Part shown: positions 9,401 to 17,335 of the stretch, one piece after another | How positions within the stretch are numbered: position 1 is the stretch's first letter | How the letters are laid out: each line of letters opens with the position of its first letter | From: Bifidobacteriaceae bacterium | Lineage (GTDB): Bacteria; Actinomycetota; Actinomycetes; Actinomycetales; WQXJ01 | Length of the DNA: 64,000 nucleotides | NCBI GenBank assembly: GCA_031272885.1 | Contig: JAISSX010000059.1 | Location: forward strand, 6,021 to 70,020 | Direction: 5' to 3' | Notes under the pieces: generated by a model | What the model was told of the DNA's origin: nothing | Seen by the model: the letters and a program-made list of their open reading frames with translations, nothing else | Databases searched by the model: none | Made by a program: the position numbers and the translations under genes

Positions 9401-10194
9401 CTGGTCGCCAGTTCGACCGGGACGTGGTCCGACGCACCCTGGCCCTTGCGTTCCTCCCGGGCAATCCTGACTTCTGCGACGGCGGCGGCCAGGGCCGGCG
9501 AGCACCAGGCGAAGTCAATCCGCATGCCCTCGTTGCGGGGGAAGCGCAACTGCTGGTAGTCCCAGTAGGTGTAGGTGTGGGGTTCTGGCAGGTGTTCGCG
9601 CGTGACCTCTACCAGGCCGGCCTGGGCGAAGGCCGCGAAGGCGGCCCGCTCTGGCGGGGAGACGTGCGTGGCGCCGGCGAAGGCACTGATGTCCCAGACG
9701 TCGGTGTCCATTGGTGCCACGTTCCAGTCGCCCACCAGGGCTAATTGTTGGTTCGGATTGGCGGCCAGCCAGGTGCCGGCGGCTTGGCGCAGCGCCTCCA
9801 GGAAAGCCAGCTTGTAGGCCATGTGTGGGTCATCCAGCGCCCGGCCGTGCGGCACGTAGAGCGACCAGACCCTTACCCCGCCGCAGGTGGCGCCGATCGC
9901 CCTGGCCTCAAGTTTGGGCTCGTTGCCTGGCTTGGCGAAGGCGGGCTGACCCGGGAAGGTGGTGGCGACATCGGCCAACCCCACCCGGGAGGCGAGGGCC
10001 ACGCCGTTCCACTGGTCCAGGCCAATGTGTGCCACCTGGTAGCCGGCCGCCTCCAGAGCAGCGGCCGGGAAGGCGGCGTCTTTCACCTTGGTTTCCTGCA
10101 TGGCCAGCACGTCGATCTGGTTGGCTGCCAGGTAGGCCACCACCCGGTCCAGCCGGGCCCGCAGCGAGTTGACGTTCCAAGTGGCCAGGCGCAT
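9397..10194 (-). CDS. xthA: Exodeoxyribonuclease III
   Basis: MRLATWNVNSLRARL..., C-terminal SDHVPV, 265 aa. Its stop overlaps the convergent GH51 stop (CTAG). Confidence 0.9.
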   Translation of the reverse strand: MRLATWNVNSLRARLDRVVAYLAANQIDVLAMQETKVKDAAFPAAALEAAGYQVAHIGLDQWNGVALASRVGLADVATTFPGQPAFAKPGNEPKLEARAIGATCGGVRVWSLYVPHGRALDDPHMAYKLAFLEALRQAAGTWLAANPNQQLALVGDWNVAPMDTDVWDISAFAGATHVSPPERAAFAAFAQAGLVEVTREHLPEPHTYTYWDYQQLRFPRNEGMRIDFAWCSPALAAAVAEVRIAREERKGQGASDHVPVELATS

Positions 10195-10228
10195 ACGCGC
10201 GAGTCTAGATGAGCCCTAGGCTAATTGC

Positions 10229-10972
10229 GTGGGCACCGCATTGATCACCGGCGCCAGCGCCGGCCTGGGCGTGGAGTTCGCTTGGCAGTTGGCCACCGCC
10301 CGCCACCACTTGGTGTTGGTCGCCCGGGACCAGGCCCGGCTGGAAGCGGTGGCGGCCAAGATCCGTTCGGCCGCCGGGGTGCGGGTTGAGGTTCTGCCGG
10401 CGGACCTAAACCTGCCCGATGACGTGGCGCGGGTAGCGGCCCGGCTGACCCAGGCGGAACAGCCAGTGGGGCTGCTGGTCAACAACGCTGGATTCGGCTA
10501 CGGCAAGCCTCTGTTGGAAACGACCCGAGAAGAACTCGAGTCGATGGAGAACGTCATGGTGCGGGCCGTCATGGTGCTGTCGCACGCCGCCGCCCAGGCC
10601 ATGGTGGAGCGTGGCCGGGGCGCCATCTTGAACGTGGCCTCGGTGGCCGCCTACACCACGTCCGGCCAGTATTCGGCCGTCAAGGCGTGGGTCAAGACGT
10701 TCACGGAGGGCTTGGCGGTGGAGTTGCGTGGCACCGGCGTCACGGCCACGGCGCTGCTGCCCGGGCTGACGCACACCGAGTTCCATGAGCGGGCCGGGCT
10801 GCACTACGAGGACTACCCCGAACTGGTCTGGCTGACACCCAAACTGGTGGTGTCCCAGGCCCTGGCGGCGGTGCGGCGGGGCGCGGTGCTGTCGACCCCG
10901 TCGCTGCGCTACGCCGTGATGGGCCAGGTGGCCCGCCTCCTGCCCCGCTGCCTGGTGCGCCGCCTCCCCTAG
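10229..10972 (+). CDS. Short-chain dehydrogenase/reductase (SDR) family oxidoreductase
   Basis: GTG start, TGASAGLG Rossmann motif, YSAVK catalytic motif. Confidence 0.85.
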   Translation: MGTALITGASAGLGVEFAWQLATARHHLVLVARDQARLEAVAAKIRSAAGVRVEVLPADLNLPDDVARVAARLTQAEQPVGLLVNNAGFGYGKPLLETTREELESMENVMVRAVMVLSHAAAQAMVERGRGAILNVASVAAYTTSGQYSAVKAWVKTFTEGLAVELRGTGVTATALLPGLTHTEFHERAGLHYEDYPELVWLTPKLVVSQALAAVRRGAVLSTPSLRYAVMGQVARLLPRCLVRRLP

Positions 10973-11008
10973 CTCGGCTTGCCCGTCATCCCGGACGCCT
11001 CCGCCCCT

Positions 11009-11167
11009 CAGGGGTGGCGTGTTACTGGGGACGGTTCCGCGTCACAGGGGTGGCGTGTTACTGGGGACGGTTCCGCCTCTCAGGGGTGGCGTGTTACTGG
11101 GGACGGTTCCGCGTCACAGGGGTGGCTCTGTCACCCCTGTTCCGTGGAACCGTCCCCTGTAACGCGC
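11009..11167. repeat. 36-bp tandem repeat (3 direct copies) followed by a hairpin centre and one inverted copy
   Basis: Direct copies of caggggtggcgtgttactggggacggttccgc(gtca/ctct) at 11009-11044, 11045-11080 and 11081-11116. An 8-bp stem follows, caggggtg/cacccctg (11117-11139). Then ttccgtggaaccgtcccctgtaacgcgc, which is the reverse complement of the unit with 5 mismatches in 36. Confidence 0.85.
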
Positions 11168-11389
11168 TTGGTTGTCTCCTTCGCTGCGCTGCGTCGACGC
11201 GCGTGAGGTAGCCGGAGCCGGGCAAGAAGCACCACCGCCGGCGCCACCCCGGTGGCTGGACCAACCCAGACCGACCGGACGCCATCGGACATTGCAGAGA
11301 TCCCGGGCCAAGGCCGGGATGACTGATAGCCAAGCCCGGAATCAACGGCCATCTCGGGGGAGAGGGGATGGGCGCAGCCGTGGGCCGGC

Positions 11390-12643
11390 TCAGACGTCGT
11401 GGTGCCAAAGTGAAGTGACTGGTAGCACATGCAACCAACCGTGCAACCGGGCGGAAGAGCTACCGGTATGGAGCAGGACGCCCGTTACCTGGCGTTCGGG
11501 CAGGCGTTCCTTGATGGCAATGAGGTTCTTCCAGTGCTTGGGGATTGGCGTGGTGGTCGCCTTGACTTCGATTGCGATGAGGTGGCCGTCATCGGTCTCA
11601 AGGAAGAGATCTGCCTCAAGGCCGTCCAGTTCGCGGTAGTGGAAGACGCCATGTGGCGTCCTTGACCAGGCGGACTGCTTGGTCAGTTCAAGTGCAACGA
11701 ATTGCTCTACCAGGTTGCCGTAGAACTCTCGTCCGCCAGGGGTCTTGGCCTGGGAACTGGTGAACCCGGTCAAGGCTGCCGCCAGGCCGGTGTCCAGCAA
11801 ACACGCCTTTGGCCGGTGGGCCAGCCTCCGCAGAGGGGCGCGGTTCCAGGCTGGGTATTCCTGTACCAAGTGCATGGCCTTGAGCAGCCGCCAATAGATG
11901 GCCACCGTTGATTCGGCCACGCCAAGGTGCCTAGCGAGATGGGCCTTGACCAGTTCTGCGTGTCCCGCCGCGGCCAGGTATTGGAGCATGGCGCCAAGTT
12001 GGTCTGGGTAGCCTCTCTCCTGTAACTCGGCAGCGTCGTGGCCGGCTAGCCGGATGGCGTATTCGCGAAGCCACTTCTTGGCTCTGGTTTCGCTGCGTGC
12101 GCAGGCGGGTGGGAACCCCCCTTTGACCACGGCCTCGGGTTCCAAGGCTGGGAACAATCGGCCGTGAGTGGGGTCTGATAGCAGCCATGTAACGAAGTCT
12201 TCGGGTGTCTCGCGGCGCGTCAATTCCCCTTGGCTGAAGGGCATCAGGCTGATCGTTTCGGCCCGGCCGGCCAAGGAATCACCCACGCCCTTCAGCCGCA
12301 GTAGGTCAGATGAACCGGTCAACAAGAACCGGCCAGGTTGGTGATTGGCGTCGACGTTGGCCTTGAGCGGCAGGATCAGGCCGGGCGCACGTTGCGCTTC
12401 GTCGATGGCCAGAAGGCCACCGGTGCCCAGGCCAATCACTGCGTTGGGATCCTCCAGCGCGACGGCCCGCGTGAGGGGGTCATCCAGCGTGACGACAGTG
12501 GCATTGCGCGAATTGGCAATAGTTTGCACCAGCGTGCTCTTGCCAACTTGCCTAGCGCCCTGAATTGCGACCACCGGGGTGTCTGCCAAGGCGGCTTCGG
12601 CCGCCGCGAGGGCGAACCGGGGAATGATCGGGTCACTGGGCAT
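11390..12643 (-). CDS. AAA-family ATPase with C-terminal DUF4143-type domain
   Basis: Walker A GARQVGKST. The overall layout is typical of AAA_14 + DUF4143 'ATP-binding protein' genes. 417 aa. Confidence 0.8.
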   Translation of the reverse strand: MPSDPIIPRFALAAAEAALADTPVVAIQGARQVGKSTLVQTIANSRNATVVTLDDPLTRAVALEDPNAVIGLGTGGLLAIDEAQRAPGLILPLKANVDANHQPGRFLLTGSSDLLRLKGVGDSLAGRAETISLMPFSQGELTRRETPEDFVTWLLSDPTHGRLFPALEPEAVVKGGFPPACARSETRAKKWLREYAIRLAGHDAAELQERGYPDQLGAMLQYLAAAGHAELVKAHLARHLGVAESTVAIYWRLLKAMHLVQEYPAWNRAPLRRLAHRPKACLLDTGLAAALTGFTSSQAKTPGGREFYGNLVEQFVALELTKQSAWSRTPHGVFHYRELDGLEADLFLETDDGHLIAIEVKATTTPIPKHWKNLIAIKERLPERQVTGVLLHTGSSSARLHGWLHVLPVTSLWHHDV

Positions 12644-12663
12644 GGCTCCAGCCTACCGTACAC

Positions 12664-12722
12664 TCGAAGATTTGAGACACATATATCGAAGAAATGAGAC
12701 AGTCTTATCGAAGACTTGAGCC
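12664..12722 (+). repeat. Three phased direct repeats TCGAAGAnnTGAGAC (period 22 bp) in a low-GC divergent promoter region
   Basis: tcgaagatttgagaca (12664-12679), tcgaagaaatgagaca (12686-12701), tcgaagacttgagcc (12708-12722). Confidence 0.7.
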
Positions 12723-13378
12723 GCAGTGGTCGAGGGTCTCGCGTTGTCGCAGCGGGGCGTGAGAGACTGTTTGACGTGACTCAGCCAGCCTCAACGCCCC
12801 CCGCCCTGACCACACTTGACCCGCGCGAACAACTGCGCCGCCTCATCATTGAGCTAGCGGTGGTCCACGGCCGGGTCACCCTGGCTTCCGGCCAGGAGGC
12901 CGAATACTACGTTGACTTGCGCCGGGTGACGCTGCACCACCAGGCGGCTCCGCTGGTGGGCCATCAGATGCTTGACCTGCTGGAAGAGAACGGCTTCGGC
13001 GTGGGTGAGATCGACGCCGTGGGTGGTTTGACCATGGGGGCGGACCCGGTGGCGGCGGCGTTGCTACACGCGGCGGCGGCCCGGGGTTTGGATCTGGATG
13101 CGTTTGTGGTGCGCAAGGACCCTAAGACGCACGGCCTGCAGCGGCGCATCGAAGGGCCCGACGTCGCGGGGCGGGCCGTCGTAGCGGTGGAGGACACTTC
13201 GACCACGGGTGGGTCGGTGGTGACGGCGATAGAGGCACTGCAGGAGGCGGGTGCGGACGTCAAGGCGGTGGCCGTCATCGTTGACCGGGCCACTGGCGCC
13301 AAGGAACGCATCGAGTCGATGGGCCTGCCCTACCTGGCCCTGTTCGGCCTGGAAGACGTGGTCAAGGGACTGCGATGA
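12716..13378 (+). CDS. pyrE: Orotate phosphoribosyltransferase
   Basis: SGQEAEYYVDLRRV, VGGLTMGADPVA, and the PRPP-binding loop AVVAVEDTSTTGGS. The start is uncertain. The TTG at 12716 lies inside repeat 3, and the in-frame GTG at 12776 (VTQPAST...) is at least as likely. Confidence 0.85.
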   Translation: MSRSGRGSRVVAAGRERLFDVTQPASTPPALTTLDPREQLRRLIIELAVVHGRVTLASGQEAEYYVDLRRVTLHHQAAPLVGHQMLDLLEENGFGVGEIDAVGGLTMGADPVAAALLHAAAARGLDLDAFVVRKDPKTHGLQRRIEGPDVAGRAVVAVEDTSTTGGSVVTAIEALQEAGADVKAVAVIVDRATGAKERIESMGLPYLALFGLEDVVKGLR

Positions 13379-14136
13379 ACGCCGTCCTGGCCGGGGCGGA
13401 CTCGGAGGAATGGTTGGCCGCCACAACCAGTCCGGGTGAGTTTGTAACCAAGGCGCTGTTGCCCCTGATCCTCTTCATCGCCTTGGTAGTCCTAATCATT
13501 CGCTGGGCCAACAAGCGGCAGCGGGCCAAGTGGCAACGCGACGCTGACCAACTGGCGGCGTGGGCGGCGGCCCACGGTTGGACCTACGAGGCAGAACGGC
13601 CAGACCTGTTCGAGCGGTGGCGCAACCGCGTCAACTGGGAAACCGGCGCGGACCAACGGGTCAAGAACTATATTTCTGGTCACTATCGCGACCGGGTGGT
13701 GGCGGCCTGCGAATACACGTTCTACGACAGGGACCCGGATGGTGGCGGTGGCACGGTGCACGTCACCGTCTGCGCTCTGCCGCTGCCGATGACGCTGCCC
13801 GGCCTGCGCCTGTACCCCGAGTCGATCGTGTCAACTGTGGCACGGAAGCTGGGGGTGCACGACATTGAGATCGGGCCGGCCGAGTTCGATCAGGCTTGGA
13901 GCGTCAGGTCAGATGACGAGGCCTTTGCCAAGGCGGTGCTGACGCCCCCGCTGCAGCAGATTCTGATGGCGTCGGACTTCCCGCGCCGGAGCTTCAGCCT
14001 GGCCGGATCAGACCTGGTGGTATGGCGCCGGGGCAAGCCCGATCCTGAAGCGCTGGGCCCCCTGTTCGACGCCCTGATCGCCATCGCGGACGCGATCCCA
14101 GGCTGGGTCTGGACGGCCTATGGCCAGCCTGCTTGA
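13375..14136 (+). CDS. Membrane-anchored protein of unknown function (paralog 1)
   Basis: ATGA overlap with the pyrE stop. Single N-terminal TM (LLPLILFIALVVLII) followed by a soluble domain of about 190 aa. About 55% identical by eye to the next gene. Confidence 0.6.
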   Translation: MNAVLAGADSEEWLAATTSPGEFVTKALLPLILFIALVVLIIRWANKRQRAKWQRDADQLAAWAAAHGWTYEAERPDLFERWRNRVNWETGADQRVKNYISGHYRDRVVAACEYTFYDRDPDGGGGTVHVTVCALPLPMTLPGLRLYPESIVSTVARKLGVHDIEIGPAEFDQAWSVRSDDEAFAKAVLTPPLQQILMASDFPRRSFSLAGSDLVVWRRGKPDPEALGPLFDALIAIADAIPGWVWTAYGQPA

Positions 14137-14887
14137 GCCTGGGTGGTTGGCAGCGGCCGGGCTGGCAGCGGGCGACATCACTGGCCGGTCTGTGGCCGGG
14201 ATTGTGCTGCCGCTGGTGTTCACGGTAGCGCTGATCCTGGCCCTGGTGTGGCTGGCCAAACGGCAGTACCGGGGCGCCAAGGCCAAGATCCAAGAGCAGA
14301 CGGCGGCCATGGAGGCTTGGGCGGCGGCCCAGGGCTGGGCCTATGAGGACGAGCGCCCAGACCTGCTGCGGCGGTGGCGCCGGGCCAGCTGGCCAACCGG
14401 CGCCAAGGAGGCCATCAAGGACTATGTTTCTGGTCACCACCGCGACCGGGTGGTGGCGGCCTGCGAGTATCAGTTCGATGACGAGTTTTCGGAGGGCATC
14501 AAGGCCACACGCTTCACTGTCTGCGCTCTAACCCTGCCAATGGCGTTGCCGCGGTTGGTGTTGAAGCCAGAGAATGCCCTGAAGGGTGTGCGGCGGGTGC
14601 TGGGCCGAGGCGACATCGAGGTTGGTTGGCCCCAGTTCGATGACGCGTGGCGGCTGACGGCCGATGACGCGGCGTTTGCCCAGGCGGTGGTCGCCCGCCC
14701 GCTGCAGCAAGTTCTGGTGGAGCGGTCCTTTCCGCGGCAGCACCTGGAGATTGTGGGCCAGGACCTGTTGATCTGGGCCCGCGGGCGGCCAGACCCGGCG
14801 GTCTTGGAGCCCCTGTTCGACGCCCTGATCGCCGTGGCGGACGCCATCCCGGGCTGGGTCTGGACGGCCTATGGACGGTCCGTCTAG
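14120..14887 (+). CDS. Membrane-anchored protein of unknown function (paralog 2)
   Basis: Same architecture, with TM IVLPLVFTVALILALVW. The C-terminal PLFDALIA(I/V)ADAIPGWVWTAYG is nearly identical to paralog 1, also at the DNA level. Confidence 0.6.
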   Translation: MASLLEPGWLAAAGLAAGDITGRSVAGIVLPLVFTVALILALVWLAKRQYRGAKAKIQEQTAAMEAWAAAQGWAYEDERPDLLRRWRRASWPTGAKEAIKDYVSGHHRDRVVAACEYQFDDEFSEGIKATRFTVCALTLPMALPRLVLKPENALKGVRRVLGRGDIEVGWPQFDDAWRLTADDAAFAQAVVARPLQQVLVERSFPRQHLEIVGQDLLIWARGRPDPAVLEPLFDALIAVADAIPGWVWTAYGRSV

Positions 14888-15061
14888 GGGCCCGGGGTAT
14901 TTCTGTACGAAACGTCACTTTACGCGGCCTGAACAGGCTCTATTGTTCAAGGTGAAGGCGCAGCAGGGAGCCCCAGCCCCAGCGTCAACCTTCAGACAGC
15001 TTGATAGCTGCGCGTGGCCTACAGGAGAGGCGGCGTCCCATCACCGCCCTCTGCCCGCGCC

Positions 15062-15098
15062 GCGTCCCCGCCCTTAGGGGGTCTGAGGGCGGGGACGC
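15062..15098. terminator. GC-rich hairpin between the paralog-2 gene and the Fic fragment
   Basis: Perfect 13-bp stem gcgtccccgccct / agggcggggacgc with an 11-nt loop. Only a weak T-tract (actcttt) on the plus strand. Confidence 0.35.
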
Positions 15099-15115
15099 AC
15101 TCTTTAACTGACTCC

Positions 15116-15487
15116 TTAATGGCCCTTCCCGCCGTGCCCCACCGCCTCCAGGTGTTCCTTGACCGGCTTTTCGCCCACGGTGACGCCATCCAGGATCAGG
15201 GCCGTTTCCTTGAGGGTAAGGGTGCTCCCCTCAATGGCGTTGGAGTCATATGTGTACTCGACCACGAAATCCTGGCGCAGGCGCTGCAACTCACCTTGGG
15301 TCAGGGGAGGCCGACGGCCAAGCTCATCCCGAAGTGCATCCACAGCGGCAAGGCGCGCGCGGCTCTCAACCGGGACATCAAGGTAACGGTAGCCGCGCCC
15401 GTCAGCCGGTCTGGGGCTGCCCTGGGGAATCACCCAACGGCGACTCTGACGAATGGCGCCTGGGGACTGCCGAAAGTCTCTCCGCAT
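15116..15487 (-). pseudogene. Fic-family protein, N-terminal fragment only (lacks the HxFx(D/E)GNGRxxR core)
   Basis: ...LTQGELQRLRQDFVVEYTYDSNAIEGSTLTLKETALILDGVTVGEKPVKEHLEAVGH matches the region preceding the Fic core. The frame stops at GGKGH*. No Fic motif is visible in any frame downstream. The upstream part of the 259-aa track ORF is Pro/Arg/Ser-rich junk overlapping pucR. Confidence 0.6.
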
Positions 15488-15638
15488 AGGGCTGACAGGG
15501 GCCCGATGGCGCCCGGTCACCTGGGGGCTCTGCCGGTAGCGAACATCCCGGTTGGCCAGGGATTTTGCCGAGTAACATGGGTGTGGCCGCACACTTCCCG
15601 GCGGCAGCGGCGGAACCCCCCCAGGAAGGCCCCCAAAG

Positions 15639-17183
15639 ATGGTTGCCCTACGCGATGTGCTGGCGTCCTCTCGGCTTGGCCTGCGCCTGATGACGGCCTC
15701 GGACCAACAGGACCGGCCCATCCGCTGGGCCCACGTCAGTGAATTGAAAGACCCCACGCCCTGGCTTGAAGGCGGCGAACTGCTGCTCACCACCGGCCTG
15801 GGCCTCAACCTGGATGAAGAAGGCTGGCAGCAGTATTGCGCCCGTCTGGTGGCCCTACCAGTGGCTGCCCTGGGCATCTCCACCGGCAAGGGCATGCCTC
15901 ACCCGGGCGTGCCGTTTGCCCTGATCGAAGCCGCCGAGGCCCTTCACCTTCCCCTCATTGACGTCCCCGCCGCCACCCCCCTGCAATCGGTGGTCAAGGT
16001 GGTGGCAGACGCCCTCAACGCCGAAGCCAACGGCCCGCTGCGCTCCACCATCGACCTGCACACTTCCCTCAGCCAGGCGGCCGCCAGCAGCGACGGCCTA
16101 CGCAAGGTCATCGAACGCCTCCATGAACACGCCCAAGTTGAAGCCATCGTGTTGGACCGCTTCCTGCGGCCGCTCACCCCTGGCGGCTTCGACATCAGCC
16201 CGGACCTGCGCCGCGACATCGTGCGCCGGGTGCTGGCCAAGCCCAACGGTTCCCTCACCGCCAGTCAGGAAGGCCTGGTTTACGCCGCCCAGCCCATCGC
16301 CTTCGGCGGCCTGATGCGCGGCATCTTGGTGATCCGCTCCGAAGGCCCTTTGGAACCAGTTCAACTGACTGCCATCAAGGTGGCCACCCCCATCTTGGGC
16401 CTGTTGCTGGACCGCCACCACGCCCTAGGCGCCCACCACCGGTCACAGAAGAAGGAACAAGTTGACCGGCTGCTCAGTTCGGCTGGCGAGGCACCTCAAG
16501 CGGTCGAAGCCCTGGCCGCCATGGGTATAGAACCCGAATACGTGCAGGTAGTGGCCCTACACTGCGAGCGCCTGGGTCTGCTGCGGGCCATGGCTGCCGG
16601 CGTCATGGAACTGCTGGACGGCACCGAGATCTTGTATTCCCGCATTGCTGACACCGCCTGGCTGGTGGTGTGTGACCCGCCGGCCTTCGACTACGTCAAG
16701 GCCCTGCCCACCGTTCTGGGGCCGGGTGCCGGGGTAGCCGCCGGCGTGGGGGACAAGGTGCGGGTGGAGGACGCGCCCCTGTCGGCTCGCCGCGCCCGCC
16801 AGGCGCTGGACATCGCCCTGGACCGCGGCACCGAGGTGGAGGTCTACCAAGACCATTCGGCCGGTTCCATAACGTCGCTGGGTTCCATCGCGGAACAGTC
16901 CGCGTTTGCCGATGCCGTGCTGGGCGCCATCGACCTGCATGACGCCCAAGGTGGCCGCGCCAACCTGGGGGAGGCCCTGGAGGCGTTCTTCTCCGTGGGG
17001 GGAAATCTGGAGACGGCGGCCGCCCGGCTGGGCATCCACCGCCACACCATGCGTGCCAGAATGGCCGAGGTTCAAGAACTGACCGGGCGTTCGCTGACCA
17101 ACCCGGATGACTATCTGAGCCTGTGGTTGGCCTGTTCGCTGAGGCGCCAGAACTCGACCAACCACCCCGGCGCAACTGCGTAG
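15639..17183 (+). CDS. PucR-family transcriptional regulator
   Basis: N-terminal purine-catabolism-regulator-like domain (IRWAHVSELKDPTPWLEGGELLLTTG). C-terminal PucR HTH (AARLGIHRHTMRARMAEVQELTG). Confidence 0.85.
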   Translation: MVALRDVLASSRLGLRLMTASDQQDRPIRWAHVSELKDPTPWLEGGELLLTTGLGLNLDEEGWQQYCARLVALPVAALGISTGKGMPHPGVPFALIEAAEALHLPLIDVPAATPLQSVVKVVADALNAEANGPLRSTIDLHTSLSQAAASSDGLRKVIERLHEHAQVEAIVLDRFLRPLTPGGFDISPDLRRDIVRRVLAKPNGSLTASQEGLVYAAQPIAFGGLMRGILVIRSEGPLEPVQLTAIKVATPILGLLLDRHHALGAHHRSQKKEQVDRLLSSAGEAPQAVEALAAMGIEPEYVQVVALHCERLGLLRAMAAGVMELLDGTEILYSRIADTAWLVVCDPPAFDYVKALPTVLGPGAGVAAGVGDKVRVEDAPLSARRARQALDIALDRGTEVEVYQDHSAGSITSLGSIAEQSAFADAVLGAIDLHDAQGGRANLGEALEAFFSVGGNLETAAARLGIHRHTMRARMAEVQELTGRSLTNPDDYLSLWLACSLRRQNSTNHPGATA

Positions 17184-17335
17184 ATGCCGCCTGGACGTAG
17201 GGGCAGTTACCCCAAACTCGGTGGACGCGCGGGCGAAGTTAGGCGAACGGTTGTACGCCCTGTCCCCTCAATTCAGAGATACCGGCGGTTACCGTAGGCG
17301 GAACTATCGACTGACCCCCGAAGGAGTTCAAGCGC

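Noticed and set aside
11009-11167. Possible CRISPR array, given the regular 36-bp repeats.
   Set aside because: The repeats are directly abutting with no spacers. Only three copies plus an inverted one are present, and there are no cas genes.
10979-11206. 75-aa ORF encoding (SQGWRVTGDGSA)n.
   Set aside because: It is merely the translation of the 36-bp DNA tandem repeat. It has no RBS, and the repeat continues as an inverted copy, which makes sense at the DNA/RNA level rather than as protein.
15488-15895. The upstream 136 codons of the 259-aa minus-strand ORF containing the Fic fragment.
   Set aside because: This part is low-complexity Pro/Arg/Ser sequence overlapping the start of the PucR gene. 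Only the distal ~90 residues resemble Fic-family proteins.
17184-17335. Glycine riboswitch upstream of gcvPA.
   Set aside because: The conserved aptamer strings (GGAGAG, ACCGAAGGGGCAA, CUCAGGCAAAAGGAC) are absent. The CCGAAGGAG seen here is simply the RBS.
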